Below are positions 27,091-38,112 of a stretch of 64,000 nt of DNA, one piece after another (position 1 is the first letter of the stretch; every line of letters begins with the position of its first letter). The notes beneath the pieces were generated by a model that was given only the letters and a program-made list of their open reading frames with translations, searched no databases and was not told where the DNA came from. Made by a program: the position numbers and the translations under genes. Source of the stretch: Bdellovibrionales bacterium (GTDB lineage Bacteria > Bdellovibrionota > Bdellovibrionia > Bdellovibrionales > UBA1609); assembly GCA_965205945.1 (NCBI GenBank), contig CBDBIB010000002.1:96001-160000 (forward strand), written 5' to 3'.

Positions 27091-27994
27091 AGCAGCTACT
27101 AAGAAAAAAGCAGGTTATGTAGGAGTAGTGGGCCTACCAAACGTAGGTAAAAGTACTTTAGTAAATCATTTTATTAAAGCAAAGGTTTGTATAACTAGTA
27201 ATAAACCACAGACAACAAGAAAAAATATATTAGGTATTTTAACTAGAAATGAGTCACAATTTATTTTTGTGGATAGCCCAGGTTTTATACAGACTAAGAG
27301 TGGGCTTAATTCTTTTTTAGAATCTGAATGGAAAAAGGTGATTAAAGATATTCAAACACTAATTTTTGTTTTTGCTGTAGATTCTAAGAAGGAGAGTTTT
27401 CAAAGAACTCTAGATATGCTTGATTCTATTGGGAATAAAAAAGTTGCAATAATCACAAAGGTTGATTTAGGGTTTTATGAAAGAGAATTAATTATTCAAA
27501 GAGAGTTAGAAAAACGAGGGATACGTTTTTTTAAAGCCAGTAGAAAAGGAAAATCTGAAAGTCTTCAGATAACAGATGGTTGTTTAGATTATTTAGAAAG
27601 TAACCTTTTAGAAGTTAAAGAATTTTATTACGATAAAAAATTATATACAACTCAGACATTAAGAGAGTTGTCTGCTGAGATTGTATTAGAAAATATTTTT
27701 AGACATTTAAGTGATGAACTTCCTTATGAAATAAGTGTTCAACCCATTAAGTTTGAAGAGCTTCCTACTATTTATAAAATTTATGTTCAAATTCTTATTT
27801 CAAAAGAAAGGTATAAAAAAATTATTATTGGAAAGAATGGAAATACGATTAAAAGAATAGGAACTTTATCTAGAAAATCATTGGAGTTAGAGTTTGGAAT
27901 GAAAGTGTTTTTAGATTTAAGGGTTAAATTTAAAAAAGATTGGAATAAGAACATTAGATCGTTAAAGGAGTTAGGTTATGGGCAGAAGCAATAA
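27083..27994 (+). CDS. era: GTPase Era
   Basis: GLPNVGKST, KPQTTR, KH domain with IIIGKNG. Confidence 0.95.
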   Translation: MFKAATKKKAGYVGVVGLPNVGKSTLVNHFIKAKVCITSNKPQTTRKNILGILTRNESQFIFVDSPGFIQTKSGLNSFLESEWKKVIKDIQTLIFVFAVDSKKESFQRTLDMLDSIGNKKVAIITKVDLGFYERELIIQRELEKRGIRFFKASRKGKSESLQITDGCLDYLESNLLEVKEFYYDKKLYTTQTLRELSAEIVLENIFRHLSDELPYEISVQPIKFEELPTIYKIYVQILISKERYKKIIIGKNGNTIKRIGTLSRKSLELEFGMKVFLDLRVKFKKDWNKNIRSLKELGYGQKQ

Positions 27995-29354
27995 AGATTT
28001 ATTTTCTGTTGCATTAGTGGGGAGGCCAAATGTTGGAAAATCTAGCTTATTTAATGTTTTATGTCAAAAAAAAATAGCTCTTGTTAAAGATCAACCTGGT
28101 GTAACTAGAGATATTCGACGTGGTGTTGCTAAATGGTGGGGGAAAGAGTTTTTTGTTTGTGATACTGGTGGTTGGACAAATGCTAAAGACACTATATCAA
28201 GAGCAGTTAAAGAAAAACTTCAAACCCAGCTTGAAAATTTTGATCTTCTTATTTTTATTTGTGATATTAGGCAAAAGCTGACTGCTGATGATAAGAATTT
28301 TTTTTCTATTATACGCGGTATAGGAAAACCTTTTTTAGTAGTTTTAAATAAATGTGACTCAGACTCTCAAGATGAAATAGAGTTTTATGGTTTGGGTGTA
28401 GATGAATTTTTAAAAATATCTTGCGAGCATAAAATAGGTATAAGCCCTATAATTGAAGCAATACATCAAAATATAGATGATCTTAATATAGAATTAGGAG
28501 ATGAGAAATTAGGTGCATACGAACTAAAGAATTTTCCAATCACTGTTGTTGGTAAGCCTAACGTTGGTAAAAGTTCATTAGTGAATAGAATTCTTAAAAG
28601 AGAGCAACAGTTAGTATCACCAGTTGCAGGTACTACAACAGACACATTGTCTTTTAATGGAAATCATAGAGGTTTTAAATTTAAAATTTATGATACAGCT
28701 GGAATTAGAAGAAAAGCAAAGCTTGATGGTGAGCTTGAAGGTTTAACAATGATTAAAGCTTTAGAGACAATTAATAAAGCTGAGTTTATTTTAATTGTTA
28801 TAGATGGTACAGATAAGCCATCTTTTGCTGATGCAAGGCTTATTGAGCGTTGTAGTGAGGAAAATAAACCTTTTTTAATAGTGGTAAATAAATGGGATCT
28901 TGCAAAGGAAAAAGAAGGTTTATTTAATAAGGATACTTTTAAAAAAGACTTAATTAAAGAATTTCATTTTTTAAAATTATTTAAAGTAGTTTTTGTTTCA
29001 GCACTTACAAGTAGTGGTATTGATAAGCTGTTTAAAGAGCTTTATATGCTTAAAGAAAAAATGGGTAAACATATAGGAACAGGGGAATTAAATAGATTTT
29101 TTAAGAAAGCTATAAAGCTTACACCAGCTCCTTTTTATAAAAATAAACAGGTTAAACTTTACTATATTACTCAGACAAAACAAAATACACCAAGTTTTTT
29201 ATGCTTTGCAAATCACCCTAAAGGAGTAACTCCTTCCTATAGAAGATTTTTAGAGAATAGGATCACAGAAGAATTTGGTTTTGATGGTGTGCCAATAAGA
29301 GTGTTGTTTCTTCCTAAGAACACTGTAAAAAGAGGAATTTTTTTTAATGATTGA
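27978..29354 (+). CDS. der: Ribosome biogenesis GTPase Der (EngA)
   Basis: Two tandem G domains (GRPNVGKSS, GKPNVGKSS) and a C-terminal KH-like domain. Confidence 0.96.
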   Translation: MGRSNKDLFSVALVGRPNVGKSSLFNVLCQKKIALVKDQPGVTRDIRRGVAKWWGKEFFVCDTGGWTNAKDTISRAVKEKLQTQLENFDLLIFICDIRQKLTADDKNFFSIIRGIGKPFLVVLNKCDSDSQDEIEFYGLGVDEFLKISCEHKIGISPIIEAIHQNIDDLNIELGDEKLGAYELKNFPITVVGKPNVGKSSLVNRILKREQQLVSPVAGTTTDTLSFNGNHRGFKFKIYDTAGIRRKAKLDGELEGLTMIKALETINKAEFILIVIDGTDKPSFADARLIERCSEENKPFLIVVNKWDLAKEKEGLFNKDTFKKDLIKEFHFLKLFKVVFVSALTSSGIDKLFKELYMLKEKMGKHIGTGELNRFFKKAIKLTPAPFYKNKQVKLYYITQTKQNTPSFLCFANHPKGVTPSYRRFLENRITEEFGFDGVPIRVLFLPKNTVKRGIFFND

Positions 29355-30697
29355 AGAAAAGTCAGTCTGGCGTAGTCGATTCGGGTTTTATATTGCTTCT
29401 ATTGGAACAGCTTTTGGTTTAGGAAATCTTTGGAGATTCCCTTATGTTTCTATTGAGTACGGTGGTGGAGCCTTTGTTTTTATATATATATTAATGGCCT
29501 TTTTCATTGGTATTCCTTTGCTTATTTCAGAAATAAGTTTAGGAAAATACTTACATAAAAAGGGGGTAAGCCTTTCAACATTAATCTTAAAAAAGAATTC
29601 AAAAATGAATATTATTTTACAGCCACTTTTATGGTTGCCGTACTTAATTTCATTTATAGTCTTGTCTTATTACTGTATTCTAAGTGGATGGACTGTATAC
29701 TTATTAGTGAAAGCTATAATGTATTTATCAAAAGGGATGTCGCATTTTGATGAATCGATATTTTTAACTCTAAAAGAAAAACCTATATTGCAGGTATTTT
29801 TATTAAGTATTTACTTAATAACGGTATTTCTTATATCAATTAAAGGTTTAAAAGCCGGAGTTGAAAAATGGCTATCGTTTGTAATGCCTTTTTTTGTATG
29901 TTTTTTAATTTATTTTTTATTTAAAATTATAAATCAAGCTGATCTTTTTGAGGCAGTTCGTTATATGATTTATCCGAATTTTCATTTACTAACATTTAAA
30001 TCATTTTCTTATATTTTAGGGCATGTGCTATTTACTATGAGTCTTGGTTTTGGTTCTGTTTTTACATTAGGTAAGTATTTGCCTAAATATGCATTATCAG
30101 GTATGGCGAGTGTGAGAGTTGTTGCTATAGATACATTAGTTTCTATTTGTATAGGTATTGTGATTTTTTCTATTATTGCTTTTTCAGGTTATAAAGGGGC
30201 TTTAAGTGAGACATTATTTAGGGCGATTCCAAATTTTATTCAAATTAAAGGCTTGTCTATATTTTTGTTGTTAGGGTTTTATATTTGTATATTGATTGCT
30301 TTTATTAATGCTTCAATTGGTTTGATTGAAAACAATAATGTATAAATTAAACGATTCCACTGGTTGGAATAGAAAAAAATCTTCATTCTTTCTTTATACA
30401 GTTACAATAATAGTTTCAACTTTAATAATATACTTAAATAAAAATGGAGTAGGAGTTTTTCTAGGTAGAAGTTTTTTAGAGCAGATAGATGATGTAGTTA
30501 TTAATTATATTCTTCCACTTTCAGCGATAGTGATTTCAGTGCTTACACTAAAATATGTTGAGAAAAGTTTTTTAAAAAATGAGTTTGATGTGGATGAAAA
30601 AATTGAAAATTTAAAAATTTATTATTTTTGGAGATTTTTTTTATATTTTATAATGCCAAGTATTTATATATTTTTTTTAGTACTCCGTGTGCTTTAA
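29347..30697 (+). CDS. Sodium-dependent transporter (NSS/SNF family), split by a frameshift near 30330
   Basis: GLGNLWRFPY and GGGAF signature; removing one A in GAAAAC joins 29347-30345 and 30326-30697 (LIE-TIMYK). Confidence 0.85.
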
Positions 30698-31435
30698 AAG
30701 TTAAATCCAAGACCTAGTTGAATAGATATAGGGTCGCCCTTAGGTATTAATGAAGTGGTAACAGTGCGATCATTGGGGGTGAGTAGTGTTATATTTTCAC
30801 CTTCATCTGGAAAATCTGCTTTGTAATATGTGGCTTGAAGTGATATAAAATTTTTGTTATTTATTAAACAAGTACTCAATACCAGCTCCAAAATCAAAGC
30901 TTCCAACAGTATCTTTTGCTAAAAGATAAGGGCTTGCTGTGCTTTGTGAGTTTCTGTTGATTTGAGAGAAGCCACCAATAAAGAATGGGTTGTATTTAGA
31001 AATACTTTTTCTAAGGTTTTGAGTGTTAATAAAATATTTACCATGAAAAGAGGTTGTTGAAAAAGTTGAGGATCCGTTAAATAATATGTTTTCTTCAGGA
31101 AAATTATAAGAAAGAGTATGAGTTCCTGTATGGTAAGAGATATGAACTGCAAATTGTAAATTCATATAATATGTGAATAAGGCTCCAAAATAAGTTCCGG
31201 TAGAGTAATTTGACCCTAGATTTCCAGTAAAAGTACGTGTGCCTAAAAGGATACCTATACTTAACATTCTACCAAATTTAAAAAAGTTAGTATCAGTTTC
31301 TTCTGTAGAAATATCTATAAAATCACTGTAATCAGCAAAAGGATCAAAAGCATCATCGGTTAGGCTATCATCGCAAAAACATAGCGCTGGAACTAGTAAA
31401 ACCACTAAAATAATTTTGGAGGCTATTATTTTCAT
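30694..31435 (-). CDS. Outer-membrane beta-barrel protein, frameshift near 30862
   Basis: Signal peptide, amphipathic strands and C-terminal LGLGFNF; the two ORFs join by removing one base after GAGIEYLFN. Confidence 0.75.
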
Positions 31436-31658
31436 AGATGTCTTATTATCGGACATTTATTTTTAAATGATAAGTAGGAAATAGAGCAAAACAGCTTGAA
31501 TGAAACATAATATTAGTATTTTTTAATATTTAGGATTGGCATTTGCTCTCTTTTATCATATAAAAGCCTTTACTTTTAGAGGCTTATATTCAAGAGCAAA
31601 GTTTAAACTCTTGTTAGAGAGGGGAAGCATAGGCCGCCTGCTAATAAGAAAGGACAAT

Positions 31659-31848
31659 ATGAAAACACATAGTGGTGCTCAAGAAACGTTTTCGTCTAAA
31701 GCCAGGTGGAAAAATAAAAAGAAAAAAGCGTGGGCTTCGCCATATACTTACAAATAAAACATCTAAAAGAAAAAGACATTTAGGCATGATGGATCATGTT
31801 CATATATCTGATGTTAAACAGGTAAAGCGTATGCTAGGGGTGAGGTAG
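31659..31848 (+). CDS. rpmI: 50S ribosomal protein L35 (one extra base near 31680)
   Basis: MKTHSGA then, skipping one C, KKRFRLKPGGKIKRKKRGLRHILTNKTSKRKRHL. Confidence 0.92.
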
Positions 31849-31851
31849 TTC

Positions 31852-32197
31852 ATGAGAGTTAAAAGAGGAGTCGTAGCACGCAAAAGAAGAAAAAAAGTTT
31901 TAGAAAGAGCAAGTGGCTATTACTCAGCAGGTAGCAGATTATTTACTGTTGCAAAAGAAAAGAAATGATAGAGCCTTAGTTTATGGTTATAGAGATAGAA
32001 AAACTAAGAAACGTGAGTTTAGAAAATTATGGAATCAAAGAATTAATGCTGGAGCTAGAATAAATGGAACAACTTATTCAGTTCTTATTGGAGCATTAAA
32101 GAAAACAGGTATCCAGCTTGATAGAAAAGTTTTATCAGATCTTGCAATTTTTGACCCTTTAGCATTTTCTGCCGTTGTTAAACAGGCCGGACTATAA
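31852..32197 (+). CDS. rplT: 50S ribosomal protein L20 (one extra A near 31958)
   Basis: [24 protein letters not shown] in one frame; [23 protein letters not shown]...[10 protein letters not shown] in the next. Confidence 0.95.
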
Positions 32198-32251
32198 TTA
32201 AATTTTGCTTAAGTTTTTAAAAGAGTTAAGAGTTTTTTTTAAGGCTTAATT

Positions 32252-33312
32252 ATGAGTAGATCAGAAGACCCAAAGCTTTTTGAGCAAAGAAAAAAAGATC
32301 ATATTAAATGGTCTTTAAATAACAAATCTCAAGTAGGACTGTCTCCTTCTAAACAAGTTAAATTAATACATGATCCGCTCCCAGAAATTAATTTTAAAGA
32401 TATAAAAATAAAGAGTTCATCTAGATTTTTAAAAACTCAAAGCCATTAATGGTGAGTTCTATGACCGGAGGCTATAAAGAAGCGTTTAAGGTTAATAAAA
32501 TTTTAATGCAGGCTTGTTTAAATAAGAATTGGGCTTTTTCTATAGGGTCATTAAGAAAAGAACTAGAGATGATACATTTAAATGAACTTAGTAAAGAGTG
32601 GGTGGTTTTAAGAAAAGACTTTTTAAAATCAATGGATTTAATTGGTAATATTGGAATAGCTCAATTGATTTCACATAAAATCAAAGATATTCAAAAACTT
32701 TGTAAACTCTATGAACTTAAGGGTCTTTATATTCATTTAAATCCTTTACAAGAAGTGATTCAGCCTGAAGGCAATACAAATTTTAAAGGTGGTTTAGGGG
32801 CATTAAAGAATTTAACAGAAAATTTAGACGTGCCAGTGTTTTTAAAAGAAACAGGCACTGGTTTTTCAAAGCAAACATTTAAAAAAATTAAAAATTTAAA
32901 TTTATCGGCAGTGGATGTTTCAGGTTTTGGTGGAACTCATTGGGGGCGTATTGAAGGCTTAAGGTCACAAGAAGAATCTATATTTTATAAAGCATCAAAA
33001 ACATTTAAGGACTGGGGAGTAACAACTGTTGAGAGCCTGGAGGCTGGAAATGTTATATTAAAAGACAGTTCTACAGAACTATGGGCCTCAGGAGGCCTTA
33101 GATCAGGTCTTGATGCGGCAATATGCTTTGCTTTAGGAGCAAAGTTTTGTGGCTTTGCAGGCCCTATGGTTAGAGCCGGACTTAAGGGTTTAAGAGCTGT
33201 GGAGTCATTAATGGATCAAATTGAATATGAGCTAAAAATTGCTTTGTTTTGCACTGGAACCTGCTCTATTAATGAGCTTAACAAAGAAAAGGTTTTAGAG
33301 TATGGAGCGTAA
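32252..33312 (+). CDS. fni: Type 2 isopentenyl-diphosphate isomerase (one base missing near 32440)
   Basis: RKKDHI N-terminus, (KPL)MVSSMTGG, HLNPLQE, KETGTG, GGTHW, SGGLRSG. Confidence 0.92.
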
Positions 33313-34609
33313 TTTAAAAGGGTTTTCAAAATTAAATAGATATGAGCGCTTTTCTAAGCTTCAAGAAATGGGGTTTTTAGAAAAAGAAGATATTAAGCTT
33401 TTAAAAGAATCTTTGTTTTTAAAAAAAGATTTAGCTGAAGATTTTATTGAAAATTCTTTAGGGTATTTTCCCATTCCTTACGGAGTGGTGACACATTTAA
33501 AGGTTAATGGAAAAAAAATACTGGTTCCCATAGCTGTTGAAGAGACTTCAATTATAGCAGCAGCAAGTAAAACATCTAAATGGATAAATGATAATAAGGG
33601 ATTTATTCGAACAAACAGAGTTTCTCGTGAAGGTATTGGACAGATTCAGTTTTCGCATATTAAAGATAAAGAAAAATTTTGTAAGATTGTAGAACTTAGT
33701 AGCCCTGAGTGGGTTAAACTTTGTAATAAATCTATTGCTAAATCTTTATTTAAAAGAGGTGGTGGAGTAAAAAGATTTACCCCTAGAATTATAAAGCGTC
33801 CTGATAAAGGCTTTATGGGTGTGATACATGCTTATGTAGATACATGTGAAGCTATGGGTGCAAATGTAATCAATCAGGTTTGTGAGTTTATGCAGCCTAC
33901 CCTAGAAGCTGAGCTTTTAGAAACTCCAACTATATGCATTCTTTCAAATTTAATGGATTCAAATTTGACAAAAGTTACAGTTGAATTTGAAGTTGATTCT
34001 AAGCTTGGTTATAAAATACAGGAAGCATCATATTTTGCAGAAGTTGATTCCTATAGGGCTGCCACTAATAATAAAGGCATTATGAACGCGATTGATTCTG
34101 TTTTAATAGCTACAGGGAATGACTGGAGAGCTGTTGAGGCAGGGGCTCACTCTTATGCGGCAAGAAGTGGAAAATACTCATCTTTAGCAACATGGAGATT
34201 TACTCCTTATAAAGATATTTCTTTAAAAGGGCTTTTAAAAGGTGTTATGCAAATACCAATTTCCATAGGAACAGTGGGAGGGGTAACAAAGCTTCATCCT
34301 TTTGCACGGCTTTCTATGAAGCTTACTGGATCTAATAATGTTGATGACCTTGCTGGAGTTGTAGCTGCCATAGGTCTGGTTCAAAACCTTGGTGCTTTAA
34401 GAGCTCTTACAACGGTTGGAATTATTAAAGGGCATATGAGACTCCATATTAAGAATTTAGCTTTAGGGGCTGGAGCTAAAGAGAATGAAGCTTCTCATTT
34501 ACAAAAGAAACTAGAAGAGGTTTTAAAAATAACAAAAAGAATTTCTTTATCTCAGGCTAAAGAAGTTTTAACTGAAATGCGATCAGTTTTAAAAGTTAAA
34601 AGATCTTAA
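33302..34609 (+). CDS. mvaA: Class II HMG-CoA reductase
   Basis: IEN, EETSIIAAAS, EAMGAN, NKGIMN, GNDWRAVEAGAH and GHMRLH motifs. Confidence 0.94.
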   Translation: MERNLKGFSKLNRYERFSKLQEMGFLEKEDIKLLKESLFLKKDLAEDFIENSLGYFPIPYGVVTHLKVNGKKILVPIAVEETSIIAAASKTSKWINDNKGFIRTNRVSREGIGQIQFSHIKDKEKFCKIVELSSPEWVKLCNKSIAKSLFKRGGGVKRFTPRIIKRPDKGFMGVIHAYVDTCEAMGANVINQVCEFMQPTLEAELLETPTICILSNLMDSNLTKVTVEFEVDSKLGYKIQEASYFAEVDSYRAATNNKGIMNAIDSVLIATGNDWRAVEAGAHSYAARSGKYSSLATWRFTPYKDISLKGLLKGVMQIPISIGTVGGVTKLHPFARLSMKLTGSNNVDDLAGVVAAIGLVQNLGALRALTTVGIIKGHMRLHIKNLALGAGAKENEASHLQKKLEEVLKITKRISLSQAKEVLTEMRSVLKVKRS

Positions 34610-34636
34610 AATTAGAAAATTTAAAGGGGATAACAA

Positions 34637-35449
34637 GTGAATATACCCAGCAAAACATTTTTAATGGGTGAATACACTGTTTTAAATGATGGGAGCGCTT
34701 TAGTGCTTGCACATGAACCATTTTTTATTGTAAAAAATAAAATCCCTAAAAAAACCCTTCACCCAGAGAGTCCTGCTGGAAAGTTTTTAAAACAAAAAAG
34801 TAAAGAACAGAATTTTAGTTTTTTTGACCCACATAAACAATCAGGTGGTTTTGGTAGTTCAACGGCAGAATACTTAGCGGCATATAAAAGTGTATTTCCT
34901 GATGCTAGTATAGATGAGATACTAAAAACTTATTTTAAAAATTTTGAAGAAGTTAAAATTAAACCTAGTGGTGCTGACTTATGTGTGCAGTCTTATTATA
35001 AAAAAGGTGTTTTAGAATATAAAAAAAAACCATTAGACCATAGTTTATACGACTGGCCGTTTAAGGATTTAGATATTTTGATTTTTAAAACAAAAGATAA
35101 AATAAAAACACATAGTCATTTAGATGTTGTTTATTTAAAAAATTTAAGAACTCTAGGAGTAATAGCGAAAAAAGCTATTGATTTTTTTAAAGTAGGAGAT
35201 TCTTTAGGTTTTTTAAATTCAGTGGATTTATTTACAAAGGAACAGGCAATGCAAAGATTGCTTCATAAAAACACAATAAGACTTATATATGAAGTAAATC
35301 AAATAAAAGGGGTACATACATCTCGTGGTTGTGGTGCTATGGGAGCAGATGTCTTAACTGTGTTTGTAAAGCCTTATTTAAAAGAGTATGTTTGTGAACA
35401 AGTATTAAGTAAAGGCTTGGGTTTAAAGGTTGTATTAAAAGTATTATAG
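34637..35449 (+). CDS. GHMP kinase, probable phosphomevalonate kinase
   Basis: PSKTFLMGEY, GFGSS, SGAD and GCGAMGAD motifs; position in the MVA operon. Confidence 0.7.
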   Translation: MNIPSKTFLMGEYTVLNDGSALVLAHEPFFIVKNKIPKKTLHPESPAGKFLKQKSKEQNFSFFDPHKQSGGFGSSTAEYLAAYKSVFPDASIDEILKTYFKNFEEVKIKPSGADLCVQSYYKKGVLEYKKKPLDHSLYDWPFKDLDILIFKTKDKIKTHSHLDVVYLKNLRTLGVIAKKAIDFFKVGDSLGFLNSVDLFTKEQAMQRLLHKNTIRLIYEVNQIKGVHTSRGCGAMGADVLTVFVKPYLKEYVCEQVLSKGLGLKVVLKVL

Positions 35450-35452
35450 GAA

Positions 35453-36427
35453 ATGACAATGAATAAAAAAAAATGGAATGCTAAAGCACCCTCTAATATA
35501 GCATTGATTAAGTATATGGGTAAAAAAGATGAAAGGCTTAATATTCCTGATAATCCATCACTTTCTTATACATTACCACATTTGCTAACTAAAGTTGAAC
35601 TTGAGATGACAGATGATCTTACAGATTCTTGGGAATCTTTAAATTATGGAGAATGTTTTAAATTAGAACTTAAGTTAAAAGAATCACAAAGGTATTTAAA
35701 ACATTTTAAGTTTATTAAAGAAAAATTTAATATAAAAAAAAATTTTATTGTCAGATCAGCAAATAGTTTTCCTGAAAATTGTGGACTAGCAAGTTCAGCT
35801 TCAAGTTTTGCCGCTTTGACTAAGATCTCAGTAAAAGCTTTTTCTGAAATAAATAACATATCAATTCCAAATATAAATGAGATAGCGGACTTAAGTCGCC
35901 AAGGTTCAGGGTCTTCATGCAGGTCATTTTTTAGTCCTTGGTGCGTCTGGAATAATGAGATGGTGTCTGAAATAGTTTTTCCACAAAAAAATCTTCTTCA
36001 TATGGTTGTAATTGCAGATGGTGCTAGAAAAAAAATGCCTTCTTCTAAGGCTCATAAGAATGTGAAATCAAGTCTTCTTTATTCGGGTAGAGAAGAAAGA
36101 GCAAAAATTCGTATGAAGCTACTTTTAGACGCCTTAAGGTTTAATAATTGGAGGGAGGCATTTGAATTGTGTTGGAGTGAGTTCTGGGATATGCATGTTC
36201 TTTTTCAAACATCTAATCCAAGTTTTGGTTACATGAATAAAGGCTCTATGCAGATTCTTCAACATATAAAATCTAGTTGGAGAAAGGCTGGTGATGGACC
36301 TATTGTTACTATGGATGCTGGACCTAATGTACATCTTCTTTTTAGAGCAGAGCAGTTTTTTATGGCAAAAAAGATAAAAGATTACTATTTAGACTTTGGG
36401 TTTAAAGTTTATTCGGATAAGATCTAA
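35453..36427 (+). CDS. mvaD: Diphosphomevalonate decarboxylase
   Basis: APSNIALIKYMGK, GLASSASSFAAL, GSGSSCRS and TMDAGPNVH motifs. Confidence 0.94.
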   Translation: MTMNKKKWNAKAPSNIALIKYMGKKDERLNIPDNPSLSYTLPHLLTKVELEMTDDLTDSWESLNYGECFKLELKLKESQRYLKHFKFIKEKFNIKKNFIVRSANSFPENCGLASSASSFAALTKISVKAFSEINNISIPNINEIADLSRQGSGSSCRSFFSPWCVWNNEMVSEIVFPQKNLLHMVVIADGARKKMPSSKAHKNVKSSLLYSGREERAKIRMKLLLDALRFNNWREAFELCWSEFWDMHVLFQTSNPSFGYMNKGSMQILQHIKSSWRKAGDGPIVTMDAGPNVHLLFRAEQFFMAKKIKDYYLDFGFKVYSDKI

Positions 36428-36433
36428 AAAATT

Positions 36434-37315
36434 ATGAGAGATCAGATTTTTTCAAAAATTATTTTATGTGGAGAACATTCCGTATTAAGGGGAGGAATGG
36501 CCGTTGTTACATCTTTAAAGTCTCATAGTTTTAAATATGATATTGAAACTTCAAATAAATTTATACTTTCGTATTCTAAACAGGTACGCCCTTATGAAAT
36601 CTTATTTGAAGGGGTTTTTGATAAAGCATTAAGTATTCTAGGTAGGAAAAGAAACGACTTAAAAGTAAAAATTAAAATTGAATCAATTGTTCCATTAGGT
36701 AAAGGACTTGGAGGGTCAGCAGCTGTTTCTGTATTTATTTCCAGAGTTATGAGATTTTTATCTTTTATAAAGGAAGAGCGGTTGTTTTTGTTTGCTGTGG
36801 AATTAGAAAATATGTTTCACGGAGAGAGTAGTGGTGTGGATATAGCTGGATGCTTAAGTTCTGGACCTCATTCGTATTTAAGAGGAAAGTCTATTAAAAA
36901 AATTGAAACCAATCTAAAAAATGTTATGTTTGCTTTATCAGATACAAATCAAATAGGTGAAACAGACGTTTGTATACAAAAAGTTGAAAGTTTTAAAATG
37001 AAGAATAAAAAACTTTTTTACTCTTTAGATATGAAGATGGATAAGGCTTCAAAAGATATAGTTAAGGCTTTAGAAGAGAATAATTTAGAATTGTTAACAA
37101 TGGGGATAAAATCAGCAAATAAAATTTTTAATCAATGGGGGTTAGTTACTCTTAAAATGTTTGAAAAAATAAAGGAGTTAAAAGATGCTGGTGCTTTGGC
37201 TGTTAAACCTACAGGATCTGGAATGGGTGGTTATTTATTGTCTATTTGGAAAAAAGAAGATGAAGTTAAGGCTTTAAAAACATGTTCGGAGATCTCAGTA
37301 TTTAAATTAATATAA
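36434..37315 (+). CDS. mvk: Mevalonate kinase
   Basis: KIILCGEHSV, PLGKGLGGSAA, HGESSGVD and KPTGSGMGG motifs. Confidence 0.88.
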   Translation: MRDQIFSKIILCGEHSVLRGGMAVVTSLKSHSFKYDIETSNKFILSYSKQVRPYEILFEGVFDKALSILGRKRNDLKVKIKIESIVPLGKGLGGSAAVSVFISRVMRFLSFIKEERLFLFAVELENMFHGESSGVDIAGCLSSGPHSYLRGKSIKKIETNLKNVMFALSDTNQIGETDVCIQKVESFKMKNKKLFYSLDMKMDKASKDIVKALEENNLELLTMGIKSANKIFNQWGLVTLKMFEKIKELKDAGALAVKPTGSGMGGYLLSIWKKEDEVKALKTCSEISVFKLI

Positions 37316-37338
37316 GATATAAAAAGAAAAGAGTGCAA

Positions 37339-38043
37339 TTAAATACTTAATTCATAAAGTGCAATAGATAAACAAGAGTTTACATTAAGAGATTCAACAT
37401 GAGAAGAAATAGGTATTGATAAAAAGTTTTTAGAAAGTTCTTTAGGAATATGTCCGCCCTCTTCGCCTAAAAGAAGACGTAGGCTTTTTCCTTTTAAATC
37501 ACAGGTTTTTATAGAAACTCCAGATTTATCTAAAGAGTAAAAATTTTCATGGGTGAGATCTTTTATACTAGGGCCTAAAAAAAGAGGAGCTTTTAAAATA
37601 CTTCCACTAGAGGCTTTTATGACATCTTGTAAAAAGGGGCTTGAGGCCTCTTTAAGAAGAATTATTTTTTTTACTGAAAAGGCTAAGCAAGTACGAATAA
37701 GCGCGCCAAGGTTTTTTGGATCACCAATTGGTAGAATAACTTCAATTCCTTTAGGTTCTTTTTTAAAGTCAAAAAGCTTGAGTTTAGGAGTTTTTAAGAG
37801 GTAAATAGGCAATTTTGAATTAAGAGTGGAAAGTTCTTGGAAAAGTTCTTTATTTAATAAATAATCAGGGTTTTCTTTTTTTAAAAAATGTATACTTTTA
37901 AAATTTGTGCCTGACTGTTTAACTTCATGAATGACATATTGGCCTGCTGCTAAAAAAAGCTTCTCTTTTTTAATACCTTTTGATGTCTTTAAAGATTTTA
38001 GTATTTTAAAGGTCGGATTTTGAGCACTATTAATGATTTTCAT
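37339..38043 (-). CDS. TrmH/SpoU family RNA methyltransferase
   Basis: INSAQNP, DPKNLGALIRT, LGEEG and ESLNV SPOUT motifs. Confidence 0.9.
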   Translation of the reverse strand: MKIINSAQNPTFKILKSLKTSKGIKKEKLFLAAGQYVIHEVKQSGTNFKSIHFLKKENPDYLLNKELFQELSTLNSKLPIYLLKTPKLKLFDFKKEPKGIEVILPIGDPKNLGALIRTCLAFSVKKIILLKEASSPFLQDVIKASSGSILKAPLFLGPSIKDLTHENFYSLDKSGVSIKTCDLKGKSLRLLLGEEGGHIPKELSKNFLSIPISSHVESLNVNSCLSIALYELSI

Positions 38044-38112
38044 GGATTTTACCGCCTTAAGTATTATAAGATTAAGTTGCCATAAAATCAAAAATAATCC
38101 AATATTTTAAGT

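Noticed and set aside
31536..31757. 73-aa ORF, and the 94-aa ORF at 31913, as novel genes
   Set aside because: They are by-products of the frameshifts in rpmI and rplT.
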